NCBI GenBank assembly: GCA_048939765.1
Contig: JBHLPF010000020.1
Span: 1 to 64,000 of the forward strand
From: Promethearchaeota archaeon
GTDB lineage: Archaea > Asgardarchaeota > Thorarchaeia > Thorarchaeales > Thorarchaeaceae
Reading direction: 5' to 3'
Length of the DNA: 64,000 bases
Below, piece after piece: positions 1 to 10,459 of this stretch. The notes beneath the pieces were generated by a model. It was not told where the DNA came from. It did no database searches and was given only the letters and a program-made list of their open reading frames with translations. Position numbers and translations under genes: made by a program. Within the stretch, counting starts at the first letter, position 1. The number at the start of each line of letters is the position of its first letter.

Positions 1-54
1 GTCCATGTCATCAACATAGACTCCTATCACACAGACACTAGCCAATTTGAACAC
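1..54 (-). CDS. Partial CDS running off the window edge, possible VOC/glyoxalase family
   Basis: Minus-strand frame reads (V)FKLASVCVIGVYVDDMD, resembling the VOC N-terminal strand. Confidence 0.3.
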   Translation of the reverse strand, partial: MFKLASVCVIGVYVDDMD

Positions 55-112
55 CGAATTATAGTGATGGCGATGCACGAGATAAGCCTTGCATTCCAAG
101 CACAAGACACGA

Positions 113-922
113 CTAGTTCTCCGCTTTCATAATGCATCTCTTTGCAATAAGACAAGCCATCGCACCAGCGCCAAAACCATTTCCAATATTCATGACAGCT
201 AATCCAGGCGCACATGACTGAAGCATCGAGGCTAATGCAGTTTCGCCTTTTCCTCCATGTCCATAACCAGTTGGGACCGGCACTCCTATGACGGGTATAT
301 CGACGAGCGATGCAATGACTGTGGGAAGGGCCCCTTCCATTCCAGCAAAAACAACAAGAGCGTCTACTCCTTCCTCAAGGATTCTCTTGATGGGCTCAAC
401 AAGTCGATGCAGTCCGGCTACACCTATGTCATAAAATGTCAGGGCCTCTACGCCCATGATACGGGCGATGGCCTCTGCTTCGCGCGCATAAGGAATGTCA
501 GATGTCCCTGCTGTCACGATGGCAATTTTGCCCCTTTTCGGTGGTTCAGTCCACTCTCTTGTACGAGCAAATACTGTCAGATGATTATCATATCCTGCCA
601 CATCAAAGCTCAGACGCTCATATGATTCTTTGAGTGTATTGAGCTTGGATTTACTTACTCTTGTGAGGAGCACAGCGTTGTTCCTCTCTACCATGGCTCC
701 CACAATTTCCACTAGAGCGTCCCCGTTCTTTGACTCTGCAATGACCACCTCAGGCACTCCGCTCCGTTCTTGTCGGTTCACATCAATCATGCCAATGTCC
801 CCGACTCTTACAACAGCAAGAGAACGAAGCTCCTTCTCGGCCTCCTCGATATCGATCTTACCTGAGGCTAATGCTTCAAGAATATCACGAGTGGTTGTCA
901 TGGTCTGCTTTCTTCCTAACAT
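113..922 (-). CDS. larB: Nickel-pincer cofactor biosynthesis protein LarB (AIR-carboxylase-like)
   Basis: R-x-G-V-P-E-V, AGTSD, D-I-G-V-A-G-L-H-R, AGMEGALP, P-x-P-T-G-Y-G and SCAPG motifs; start may be ATG 901. Confidence 0.92.
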   Translation of the reverse strand: MLGRKQTMTTTRDILEALASGKIDIEEAEKELRSLAVVRVGDIGMIDVNRQERSGVPEVVIAESKNGDALVEIVGAMVERNNAVLLTRVSKSKLNTLKESYERLSFDVAGYDNHLTVFARTREWTEPPKRGKIAIVTAGTSDIPYAREAEAIARIMGVEALTFYDIGVAGLHRLVEPIKRILEEGVDALVVFAGMEGALPTVIASLVDIPVIGVPVPTGYGHGGKGETALASMLQSCAPGLAVMNIGNGFGAGAMACLIAKRCIMKAEN

Positions 923-1007
923 ATCGGGTTTTGTGCCTTTCCCAATGCACGTTCAAGATAGAGTCCCTCAATCTTGCTCTTGAGTTTCGTCATAGGTATC
1001 TTTGTGA

Positions 1008-1964
1008 CTATTCAGGGGGTTTTTCAGATACGGATAGTGGTAACTGCCAACGTTTGAGAGCGTCCATTGTTTCTCTCCTAAATCTTGTGACCTTTTCACG
1101 AGTCAAATCATCAGGAACACCTGCAAGCTCTTCATCACAGCGCTCGAGCAGTTCCTCCAGATGCCTTAGTGGATGCTTTGCCCGGTCCCCCCAATCCCAG
1201 ATGGAACACCATCGACGAGCCAGATCAACACCGTATGCATTCGTAGCCTTTTGACGCATCTCGGGAGTTGCTATTGTCCCAATATGAAGCCAAGGCATAT
1301 CAGTCCCGTTCGCCTCAACACCAAAGATTGCATTGGAGTAGAATGTGTATATGGGAGGATCAATCTTGTCAGCCAGCTCTTTCAGACGAATTGCTCCTAG
1401 AAGCCCTCCAGCAATGGCGTAGATGAGTATAGCACGAACATCCGACGCTTGGCTCAGTGTAGCATCAATTATGCTCTCAATGGTCCCGCCTGTTGCGATC
1501 GTATCACCAATAAGAATCACAGGACTGGATGAGAGTGCCTCGAAGTTCTTGTATGATAGGTCAGTCTTCCAACCAGCTGGAGTAAGATGACGCCTTGCAC
1601 CTATGAAACAGCGACTAATGGTTTCTCCAAACACACATTCAAAGGCTTCAGCAATGCAATAGTAGAGAGCCCCAGCAAGAGGTACGACCTCTGTGACTGA
1701 ACTCAATGATGATTCTTGAAACTCTGGTACAAGATCATATGCTACGCGAATGAAGTCCATGCTACTGTCCCTCGCAAAGCTGGCTAGCCGGGCACCCACC
1801 AACCATGGCTCAAGAAGGATCTGTAGTGCGCTGGGAGACTCGATTATGTAGGTTGAAGGGAGAAGATATTCACTGTCAATACGCAGTACTCTAGATGTGG
1901 CTGCTTTGGAGGGAATTTCTTCGATTGTGGCACTCCTTCTTACAGTTTCTTGATCTAAAGCCAA
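1008..1964 (-). CDS. Type I phosphoribosyltransferase-fold protein (UPRTase-like)
   Basis: PRPP-binding loop ILIGDTIATGGT. Confidence 0.6.
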   Translation of the reverse strand: MALDQETVRRSATIEEIPSKAATSRVLRIDSEYLLPSTYIIESPSALQILLEPWLVGARLASFARDSSMDFIRVAYDLVPEFQESSLSSVTEVVPLAGALYYCIAEAFECVFGETISRCFIGARRHLTPAGWKTDLSYKNFEALSSSPVILIGDTIATGGTIESIIDATLSQASDVRAILIYAIAGGLLGAIRLKELADKIDPPIYTFYSNAIFGVEANGTDMPWLHIGTIATPEMRQKATNAYGVDLARRWCSIWDWGDRAKHPLRHLEELLERCDEELAGVPDDLTREKVTRFRRETMDALKRWQLPLSVSEKPPE

Positions 1965-2025
1965 GTATCTCCCTCAGCGTGTCTAGTATTCGCAAAACCG
2001 CTAGTAAATCCTCGCCATAGACCTA

Positions 2026-3981
2026 TCACTTCGCTCGGCGGACCTCCTCGACGGCCTCGGGATTTACCAGTGATGCGGTATCGCCCGGGTCCTCTCCCAA
2101 GTATGCGGCACGTATCATGCGTCGCATCACCTTTGCATTGCGAGTCTTTGGCAGGTCACTTACAAACAGTACTTCTTTAGGAGTGAGTGGCTTGCCCATA
2201 GCTTCAGCAACCATCTGCTTCAACTCCTTGCGCAATGCATCGGAAGGATCGATACCGGGCATCAGAACACAGAAGACGACAAGCTCGTTCAGCTTTATTT
2301 TATGGGGGATTCCGATTGCTGCAGCTTCTGTCACTGCGGAGTGACTTACAATGATTGATTCCGCCTCAGCTGGTCCGAAGCGTTTTCCTGCTATCTTAAT
2401 TATATCATCTGACCTGCCCAGAATATACCACAAGCCATCTGCATCAATGGCGGCAAAGTCCCCATGCACCCACACATTAGGCCAACGCGACCAGTATGCT
2501 TCTTCATATCGCTGGGGGTCCTTCCAGAAGCCACGTGTCATGCCAATCCAAGGTGTCTTGATGACAAGCTCTCCCACTTGATTCCTGACCGGCTGACCAT
2601 TCTCATTGAATACATCAGCAGCAATCCCTGGACAAGGACCGGAGAAGGCACATGCCTTGAGCGGGAGCAATGGATTTCCCATGACTATTCCACCAGAAAC
2701 TTCTGTGCCCCCTGAGTAGTTTACGATTGGCACACGTTTTCCTCCGACCTTCTCGAACAGCCACATCCAAGGATTAGGGTTCCAGGGCTCACCAGTGGAA
2801 CCAATGATGCGAAGGGATGATAGATCGTGCTTCTGTACAGGCCCCTCTCCATGAGTCATTAGAAGCCGGATGAGAGTCGGTGAAACACCGAGCACAGGAA
2901 TTTTGTGCCGCGCGACCATTTCCCAAAGTCTGCCTGGACCGGGGTAGTCAGGAGCGCCATCAAATAGAAAGAATGTCGCTCCTAGAATCAGCGACCCGAA
3001 GACAAGCCAAGGTCCCATCATCCAACCCATATCAGTCATCCAGTAGATAGTTTCACCAGGATGAAGATCCGTACCGAATGCCATGTCTTGGGCGGCCTTA
3101 ACTGGAAATCCGCAGTGAGTATGTACTGCTCCTTTTGCAAGACCAGTTGTCCCCGATGTGTAGATAATCATCAAAGGATCTTCGGCTTCCGTTGGTTCGG
3201 TGCGACAAGATTCAGATTGGTTCGATATTAGGTCAGACCACCAGTGGTCACGTCCATTTTCCATGTCAACGGGATTGTCTGCTCTGTTCAGCACAATCAC
3301 ATGTTCGAGGGTAGGAATTCGTTCTGCCGCCTTGTCCGCGACTGGCTTCATAGGGATGACCCTACCTCTTCGATGCGTACCATCGACTGTGAATAGAGCC
3401 TTAGCATCAGCATCTCCCAATCTGTCAACGATTGCGCTCTCTCCGAATCCTGAGAATAGAGGAAGAATTATTCCACCAATCTTGACAATTGCAAGCAAGG
3501 CGATTGCGATCTCAGGGACCATTGGCATGAATAAGCCAATTGCATCACCCTTTCCTAGGCCTAGGGACCTTAATGCATTTGCGGTCTTATTGACTTCAAG
3601 ATACAGTTCCCCATAGCTCATCGACCATGATTCGCCATCTTCACCCTCCCACATCAATGCATATTGTGATTCAGTAGGTGTTCCAATGTACTTGTCAAGA
3701 CAGTTGTGAACGATATTCATCCTGCCGCCTATGCACCATTTTGGCCATGCAATCCCTCTGGACAAGTCTATAACATTCTCATATTGCTTGTCAAACTCAA
3801 TCTTGAGGTATTTCAAGACAGCATCTGTGAACCATGCGACATCATCGGTTGAGCGGCTCATTAATTCATCAAAATTGGGAATCCCATGCAGCTGCATGAA
3901 CTCAGTCAATCGAGCTTTTTCTTTATAGTCAGGTGTGGGGCGCCAGACAATCTCGCCTCCGAATTCAAAGTTCTTGTCCAT
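2026..3981 (-). CDS. acs: AMP-forming acetyl/acyl-CoA synthetase
   Basis: YTSGTTGxAKG, GEP, GGTE, GRSDD and PKTRNAK adenylate-forming motifs. Confidence 0.88.
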   Translation of the reverse strand: MDKNFEFGGEIVWRPTPDYKEKARLTEFMQLHGIPNFDELMSRSTDDVAWFTDAVLKYLKIEFDKQYENVIDLSRGIAWPKWCIGGRMNIVHNCLDKYIGTPTESQYALMWEGEDGESWSMSYGELYLEVNKTANALRSLGLGKGDAIGLFMPMVPEIAIALLAIVKIGGIILPLFSGFGESAIVDRLGDADAKALFTVDGTHRRGRVIPMKPVADKAAERIPTLEHVIVLNRADNPVDMENGRDHWWSDLISNQSESCRTEPTEAEDPLMIIYTSGTTGLAKGAVHTHCGFPVKAAQDMAFGTDLHPGETIYWMTDMGWMMGPWLVFGSLILGATFFLFDGAPDYPGPGRLWEMVARHKIPVLGVSPTLIRLLMTHGEGPVQKHDLSSLRIIGSTGEPWNPNPWMWLFEKVGGKRVPIVNYSGGTEVSGGIVMGNPLLPLKACAFSGPCPGIAADVFNENGQPVRNQVGELVIKTPWIGMTRGFWKDPQRYEEAYWSRWPNVWVHGDFAAIDADGLWYILGRSDDIIKIAGKRFGPAEAESIIVSHSAVTEAAAIGIPHKIKLNELVVFCVLMPGIDPSDALRKELKQMVAEAMGKPLTPKEVLFVSDLPKTRNAKVMRRMIRAAYLGEDPGDTASLVNPEAVEEVRRAK

Positions 3982-4063
3982 GAGAACTCAACATCCTAAG
4001 ATGAACTCCCATGAGGCGTATCCGCCTAATATACAGTAGGACGCCTTTGTATATCCGTGTTGG

Positions 4064-5110
4064 CTATCTGTCGAAGTGGGCCAGAATAGCCTGATAGACC
4101 TCGAGAGCCTCTTGCTCCGATTTGACTCCCTTGATGATTGCGTTTGCATGCGGCATGAGAGTCACCTCTACATCAGATTCTGTACGGACCTTAAGCCATC
4201 TCTTTGCTTGCTTGACTTCATATGAGGCTCCAAGTTTTTCGGCCATTAGATCCAAATCTAACCTAATTGGCGATCCAGGGGTCAAGTTGAAGGTGCCTGA
4301 ACACAAGGTGGTCACCCTTGGTGTTTCAGATGGGACGTAAGATTGTTGGGTTGGTCCCAATGAACAGACAGGGCAGTCATCATCTCGACCGATTTCAAAG
4401 AAGTCAAAGCTCAGTGATGCAATATCGATGAACATGAGGCGATTCGCCAGACGAGGCTCTTGTCCTGATGCGAGAAGAACTGCCTCTCTCACTTGGATAG
4501 ATGCTACTATGGAAAGAAGCTCCGGTGTCACTCCCACGTATGCACAAGTGTAGTCGGGATTGTCCTGAGCGTCTCCTGAAAGGCAGTGGAGACAACCGGT
4601 CTTGTCAGGAATGAAGGTACTCAGGTTACTGTGAAACTCGATTGCCCCGGCGAATACATAGGGAATCTTCAGGGACACGCTGGCTCGATTAACAGCGAAT
4701 CTGGTCTTGAAAGAGTCAAGACCATCAATTATGATGTCAGACCCATTGAGGAGAGTTCTTGCATTGTCCTCAGCCAGAGAGGCGCTTATGGGTTCGAACT
4801 CGACATCCGGGTTAAGTAATGCAAGATTTGCGGCAGCAGCTTCGGCCTTGGGCATGCCAATGTCCACTGTGTTGTATACTGTCTGCCTTTGAATGTTTGA
4901 TAACTCAACGATATCTCGATCGATAATTCGTATTTTGCCAAATCCAATGGCTGTCAATAGGCGGAGAGCCGGGCTTCCAAGACCACCAGCACCTACCACA
5001 GAAACAGTCGATGCAACTATTGATTCCATATCACTCTCTGAGAAATCGTGGAGAGCAAGCATCCGTGAATACCGTTCTTTTTGTTTTGCAGTGAGTTTCA
5101 TGGCTTTCAT
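4064..5110 (-). CDS. ThiF/MoeB/E1-like activating enzyme with C-terminal extension
   Basis: GAGGLG, D-x-V-E-L-S-N-I-Q-R-Q, two CxxC motifs, TC catalytic-loop Cys. Confidence 0.88.
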   Translation of the reverse strand: MKAMKLTAKQKERYSRMLALHDFSESDMESIVASTVSVVGAGGLGSPALRLLTAIGFGKIRIIDRDIVELSNIQRQTVYNTVDIGMPKAEAAAANLALLNPDVEFEPISASLAEDNARTLLNGSDIIIDGLDSFKTRFAVNRASVSLKIPYVFAGAIEFHSNLSTFIPDKTGCLHCLSGDAQDNPDYTCAYVGVTPELLSIVASIQVREAVLLASGQEPRLANRLMFIDIASLSFDFFEIGRDDDCPVCSLGPTQQSYVPSETPRVTTLCSGTFNLTPGSPIRLDLDLMAEKLGASYEVKQAKRWLKVRTESDVEVTLMPHANAIIKGVKSEQEALEVYQAILAHFDR

Positions 5111-5469
5111 TAGAGTGGTGTATGTCCAACTTAATCTATCGATAGGAGGACGGCGTGTTCGAAATCATGTACAGAAGACAAGTATGGTGTACAATGAGTT
5201 GAACATATGCGTTCAATGCGTAGCATATTATCAATTTGGGAGGAATATAACTCAGAGTACCAGTAATGAAAATCGCGTCGGAATACGACTTGACAGCACC
5301 TGCATTGGTGCAGAACTCCTGGATCTCCATTGTGACTTGGTGTGGGGAAGTCGCTTCAGAAGTGACGTTTTCCTTTTGGTGAAACAAGGCACGCACGGCG
5401 GGTGAGTGGCCCGGCATGCGACATCAAAATCGATGAATCAAGCAACTAGTGGATAGAAGGTCAGGCAGA

Positions 5470-6813
5470 ATGAGAAACAAAAGATGCACACTCACAGTCA
5501 TCCTCCTGCTAGTGTTCTCCGTGGAGATCATTCAGATTGTGGGATCAGGCGGGAAGCTGATGTTCTTGGGTGAACCAACGGTGGAGGTATTCAGGGGAGG
5601 AAAACAGTATGCATTCATGCTCTCATGGGATGATGGAGGAGACGATCTGCAGTTTTCGTTCCTCGAAGATGAGATTGGATTTCAACATACAACATTCGCA
5701 GTTACTAGCAACATTCAGCGCAAAAGACTCTGGGGACTGGATATGCTTTTCCGTGGCCATGACATTCAATCACACTCTAGATTGCATGTGCATCATGCTA
5801 CAATCAATGCTTCATATTGTGAAGAACTTCTGCAACAGAGTATTGTGGATATTGAAGAAATCTATGGATATACACCCATCCTATTTGCGTATCCTTACGG
5901 GTCTCAAAATGCAGTGGTTCAGGAGCTTGTAAAGGAATATTTCAGGATAGGTAGGGGCATCAGGTATGAATGTGAGGAGAGTCTTGGGTCTTGGCCTATA
6001 AAAAGAGAAGGCAATGCCCTGCATTCATTCCCAAGTGTTGATGGAGTTCAGGGTTCAACTATCAGCACACTCATCAGCTCGTTCAATCAGATGGTTTCCC
6101 ATGATGATGGTGTTCATCGAGCATACAAATGCTATGGACACTCAAAGTGGTTCAATGGCAATGAGCGAGATGAGTTCTTCGAGGCGCTTCGAAGAATCGC
6201 CTTTAGGAACGATACATGGTATACAAGTTGGGGAGAAGCTGTAGCTTATCAGATCACCAGAAGCAATGTCCTCATAGAGAGACACATTGGTGCCGACTCT
6301 ATGGTTTCATTTGTGACCGCAATTGGGAGTAATTTCGACTATGGAATTCCAATTACATACCGGATTGAGATACCTACATCTTGGAACAATATCAACGTGA
6401 TTGATGGGGGCAAGACTTCTGATAGGTTCTCAGTGATTGAAGGCGATTCGAAGAAATATCTCCTGTTGGACTCTGTTCCACACGGTCAGAGGATAAAGGT
6501 CATTCCAGGTATTCCAGAGGACTCATCAAGGCCAGTGATAAATAACCTTCGGACAATCGTTACCGAGGAGGGGGTTGCCTTCATGGCTGATGTCGTTGAT
6601 GGAGGGAGTTTCATATGTGATGTCAAAATGACCATACATGGAAACGACGAGGTTTGGCAATTCAACCGTGTTCTCAATCCCGTTTTTTGGGCGAATAGTA
6701 CCTTCGGTCGTGTCATCTTTGAACTAGAGCCCGGATGCTATGATTTGACAGTCACTGCAATAGACTCCTGTGGGAACAAAGCCTCTCTAAGTCGATGGTT
6801 CAATCTGACATGA
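5470..6813 (+). CDS. Secreted or membrane-anchored polysaccharide deacetylase (NodB-like) with Ig-like C-terminus
   Basis: N-terminal hydrophobic segment; SWDDG, H-S-R-L-H, FAYPYG motifs. Confidence 0.75.
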   Translation: MRNKRCTLTVILLLVFSVEIIQIVGSGGKLMFLGEPTVEVFRGGKQYAFMLSWDDGGDDLQFSFLEDEIGFQHTTFAVTSNIQRKRLWGLDMLFRGHDIQSHSRLHVHHATINASYCEELLQQSIVDIEEIYGYTPILFAYPYGSQNAVVQELVKEYFRIGRGIRYECEESLGSWPIKREGNALHSFPSVDGVQGSTISTLISSFNQMVSHDDGVHRAYKCYGHSKWFNGNERDEFFEALRRIAFRNDTWYTSWGEAVAYQITRSNVLIERHIGADSMVSFVTAIGSNFDYGIPITYRIEIPTSWNNINVIDGGKTSDRFSVIEGDSKKYLLLDSVPHGQRIKVIPGIPEDSSRPVINNLRTIVTEEGVAFMADVVDGGSFICDVKMTIHGNDEVWQFNRVLNPVFWANSTFGRVIFELEPGCYDLTVTAIDSCGNKASLSRWFNLT

Positions 6814-6854
6814 ACAACCAGATGTTTATGTAGATGATTCGCAGAATAGGCATT

Positions 6855-7325
6855 ATGAACCTTCTTGAGAGAATGGGACAATATCTCGTTTGGGCTGACA
6901 GGACGATATGGGATATCGTGCAGAAACTGAGCGATGAGGAATTCGATAGGTCGCTCGGTGAGGGCGGGGGCAGCATCAAAAAGCGATACATCCATCTTGC
7001 ACAAGACACATGGGAATGGTATCACGATTGGATTGACAAGGAACCGAATGATAGGCCCGACTTTGATGGAATGAACAGAGATGCCTTATTCAAGTTCCTT
7101 ACGGACTACATCAATAGATTCCTCAAGATGATTGATGACACGGTTGTGGACAAGATCACATTCGAGAGTGAGGGAAAGAGAATTACCATCAGATTTGAGG
7201 AGATTCTGTTCCATCTCGTGAATCATGCAGCCTATCATCGAGGTCAAATCGTCATGGCGCTACGACTTCTTGGCAAAGAAGTGAAGATGACTGACTACGT
7301 TCCATATAGACGCGCGATTGGATAG
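6855..7325 (+). CDS. DinB family protein
   Basis: GSI...H and HLVNHAAYHRGQ motifs. Confidence 0.85.
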   Translation: MNLLERMGQYLVWADRTIWDIVQKLSDEEFDRSLGEGGGSIKKRYIHLAQDTWEWYHDWIDKEPNDRPDFDGMNRDALFKFLTDYINRFLKMIDDTVVDKITFESEGKRITIRFEEILFHLVNHAAYHRGQIVMALRLLGKEVKMTDYVPYRRAIG

Positions 7326-7474
7326 AAAGCACCTAAATCACCAGGAGGCTGGCTCGCTAGTTCCGTCTTTCTTGAGGATTATATACGACGGACGGTGAAC
7401 GATTGTCCAAGATGAGGGTTTCCTATCTATCCTGAAGAGATATTATGGGTGATAAGCCCTTTCACAAACAGATC

Positions 7475-8971
7475 TCACTTCTTCAGAGCCACAATGCTCT
7501 CTCTCAGTTTGAAAGACCTTCTTTGTCCAGAACGCCGAGGCCTCGCCACCTCAACAGATTCAATCGTAAAGCCAATAGCCACTCCCATCCGTGCCAAGAT
7601 TAGGTCCGCTGGAATATACACACCTGCTATGAGGGAATCACCGATTACTATGATGAACGGTGCGTCTTTCTTGAGACCTCTGTATACATTTCTGAACACA
7701 TGGTACACATCGTCGAAATACTTCCGGACAACATTGTGCATGTCCTTTCGTCTATAGCCTTCCTTTGATTTGATTCGATAGGCAATTCTCCCAGCAATCT
7801 CCTCAATCCATCTATCTTCATAGGCGCGAGGTCTTTCCGAAAACCCTCTGATGATGGATCGGGAAACATTGTCGCATGCCACCATTTCATCCTTCAACCG
7901 ACTTAGGTCTTCATAGCCATTTACCATGTCAAGCCAAGCCATCTCTATCTTGTAGTTAATGACATAGTCCAATCCATTGACATATGGAGGGCTTGTGATG
8001 GCGATATCAATGGAACCAGGCTCGTATTGGACTAGTCGTGAGTCATCTTCTACTACCTCGACTTGGCCTTGAGGTTGATTCTGAACACTTGCAAGATCTT
8101 CAATCATGTCGTGCACCTTCTCTCTGAACAAGTTGAAAGGCGCATCATCAGAAACAGTCTTGGTCAAATCGTAGCCCAAGCAGGGGGACCGTTTCAGGTT
8201 GCTGGAGTCAACCAAGATACTGGAAAACGCCAATCTGAAAAGATCGCGAATCTCTGATTGCATGATATCTGATATTGACTGCTTGAGAATGAGTAGGTTC
8301 TTCAGAACTCCCTCATTGAAGTGTGACTTCCACCTCCTGAGGAAGGTCGGTGAGCTCAGTCTTGGCTCCTGAGTCCAGTCAAGGCCTTCGAGTTCGCTTC
8401 TGACTCTATTCACATCTAAATCCCAGTTCGTCTTTATTCGGGTCATGAAGGACATCAACGGTGCGAGGTCGACACCAATGGCGTCCATCCCTTTCATTTT
8501 GGCGCTCACTAGAACTGTTCCACTGCCTGCGAATGGATCGAGCACCCTATGCCCAGGTTCCATTTCATAGCGTTGCAGCATATTGTCGACAAAGTCAGCT
8601 GAGAACCCCTGCACGTACGGAGCCCACCTCTGAATCTTCTTCTCCATGAAGTGGTTTGCAGAGAATGTTATGGTAGCACCATCATACTTCGATAATTGAA
8701 TGCCATATTGGTCAGCGAATCTTTCCTCATACTCTGCAGGACTAATGAACTCGGGATCATTCTCTATCTGTTCATACTCCTTGAGAACCCATAGTCCCCT
8801 TCCCATTCTGACAACTGTACCGCGTTCCCAAAGAGCCTGAACACATCCACCTACTGTTTCGAGGTCTTCATCTATCGCTAATGCAATCTGTTTGAGCGTG
8901 ACACCTATCGTGAGAGAACTCCTCACAGTTTCGACTACTCGGTCTTCCAACCCAGACAGGGAATGCACCAC
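7475..8971 (-). CDS. DNA amino-methyltransferase (likely N4-cytosine) with N-terminal wHTH-like domain
   Basis: DPFAGSGT (motif I) followed by TSPPY (motif IV). Confidence 0.82.
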   Translation of the reverse strand: MVHSLSGLEDRVVETVRSSLTIGVTLKQIALAIDEDLETVGGCVQALWERGTVVRMGRGLWVLKEYEQIENDPEFISPAEYEERFADQYGIQLSKYDGATITFSANHFMEKKIQRWAPYVQGFSADFVDNMLQRYEMEPGHRVLDPFAGSGTVLVSAKMKGMDAIGVDLAPLMSFMTRIKTNWDLDVNRVRSELEGLDWTQEPRLSSPTFLRRWKSHFNEGVLKNLLILKQSISDIMQSEIRDLFRLAFSSILVDSSNLKRSPCLGYDLTKTVSDDAPFNLFREKVHDMIEDLASVQNQPQGQVEVVEDDSRLVQYEPGSIDIAITSPPYVNGLDYVINYKIEMAWLDMVNGYEDLSRLKDEMVACDNVSRSIIRGFSERPRAYEDRWIEEIAGRIAYRIKSKEGYRRKDMHNVVRKYFDDVYHVFRNVYRGLKKDAPFIIVIGDSLIAGVYIPADLILARMGVAIGFTIESVEVARPRRSGQRRSFKLRESIVALKK

Positions 8972-9056
8972 CGCTCTAGAGCCATATTCTTCGGGGTCTT
9001 TTGATATGCATCTGGGCTTGTTAAAGCATGTGGATATTCGGACGCTCCTGAATGAG

Positions 9057-9758
9057 TCATCCCGTTAGCTGAACCAACCATTCATGGATTGGCGTCATTC
9101 TTAATATGTGTTCGAAACAGACATCGACCAGTTTTGGTTTCTTCAAGACACTAACAGGTATCTTTGGTGAACTAGCATAAAGGCCATTGAAACGAAGCAA
9201 TTCAGCCCGAGGATGGTCTGCATCATAGCCTCTGGGGACTTTCTTGTAGTGCTCACCTCCAATACTGTACCCGCTAAGGGACCTAACCTTGTCAACTGCT
9301 TTGACCAGCTTCGTACCGGAAACATTGTCCAGAACAGAATTTCGATATTTTTCTAACAACTGTTTCGGAAACTGCCACAATCCGCCATGGATCCCTCCAC
9401 CAGTTTCATCTATCCCAATAAAGAAGCCAGGTCGCTCCTTCTTCTTTCCAGGTCCTTCCCAGAATCGGACTCTTAATCTTGTGTTGTAGGGAGATTTGTC
9501 CTTGCTGAAACGGACATCACGATAGATTCGCAAAATCGATCCGCTACCATTGGTGCGAGTATCATAGACCATATCTTCAGAGATGCTGGTAAGACGTTCT
9601 CCAAGAGCAACCACAAAGCTCTGTGCAGGTTTCACCAAAAGCTCTTGATAGTCGTTCTTTCGTTCATTGAACCATTCACGATAGTTGTTCTCTTTCAGTT
9701 CCGCGAGGAATCCCAGACCATTTTTTGGAAACCCTGTGAATGCTTGAATATCATTCAT
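9057..9758 (-). CDS. DUF2461 family protein
   Basis: FLAELKENNYREWF, RIYRDVRFSKDKSPY, KKVPRGY. Confidence 0.9.
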   Translation of the reverse strand: MNDIQAFTGFPKNGLGFLAELKENNYREWFNERKNDYQELLVKPAQSFVVALGERLTSISEDMVYDTRTNGSGSILRIYRDVRFSKDKSPYNTRLRVRFWEGPGKKKERPGFFIGIDETGGGIHGGLWQFPKQLLEKYRNSVLDNVSGTKLVKAVDKVRSLSGYSIGGEHYKKVPRGYDADHPRAELLRFNGLYASSPKIPVSVLKKPKLVDVCFEHILRMTPIHEWLVQLTG

Positions 9759-9853
9759 TCTAACCGCTCCTCATACTAATCGATTCATTATAGTTAATCA
9801 TGTTCATCGTATAAGTGGGTTTGCATCTATGATTTCGTACTAAGCTGAGAACC

Positions 9854-10015
9854 CTAGAGAGCTAAATCAGATTTATTCACTGCATGTCTTGTGATTTCAA
9901 GGTTGCATGATTTTCGTTCTCGGCACCAATCTTCACATTTCTTTGCCCAATGCTCTTCCTTGTAGAGAAGCATGCATTCTTCGCATAGATATAATCCGTT
10001 AACACGTTTGGTCAT
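9854..10015 (-). CDS. Small Cys-rich putative metal-binding protein (53 aa), not in the ORF track
   Basis: MTKRVNGLYLCEECMLLYKEEHWAKKCEDWCRERKSCNLEITRHAVNKSDLAL; paralog at 59234-59395. Confidence 0.8.
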   Translation of the reverse strand: MTKRVNGLYLCEECMLLYKEEHWAKKCEDWCRERKSCNLEITRHAVNKSDLAL

Positions 10016-10074
10016 TGCACGAAAATACGAAATTGAGACGATATTACTCTAACGATGTCGTATCTGATGAATAA

Positions 10075-10310
10075 CTAAAGTGACATGCCTACATCAACTG
10101 GAAGAATAGCCCCTGTACAAGAATTTGCCAACGCAAGGTACATGATGCCCTTCAGCAATCTCGGCAGGAGTCGCTAGTCTTCCCAGAGGCTGTCTTTCGA
10201 TGACCTGCTTTCAAGCGTGGCCTCAGCATCGACTATAGTAAACTCAACAGGAAGAGTGTCCAACACCGTAGAAAGGAAATCCATTGACAGTACGTTCAGC
10301 GAATTTGGGA
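10075..10310 (-). pseudogene. Gene debris: PAS-like fragment joined to an SDR C-terminal fragment
   Basis: VLDTLPVEFTIVD (PAS-like), then in other frames QPLGRLATPAEIAEG / IMYLA...TGAILPVDVGMSL (SDR tail). Confidence 0.5.
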
Positions 10311-10459
10311 GCGGCTCGATCTTGACACATCACGCCCAATTTCGTTCCAGTTCGGCATCCTATTGGTCTGTGTGATTGAAGGGAATCAGCAGATGATTGC
10401 ATCAAGAGGTGTTAAATGGTCGTTGTGACAAAGGGATTGGTGTATGCCGGTGTGATGAC

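Noticed and set aside
4893-5417. ORFs 4893-5405 and 5136-5417
   Set aside because: No recognisable motifs; they overlap moeB antisense or promoter DNA
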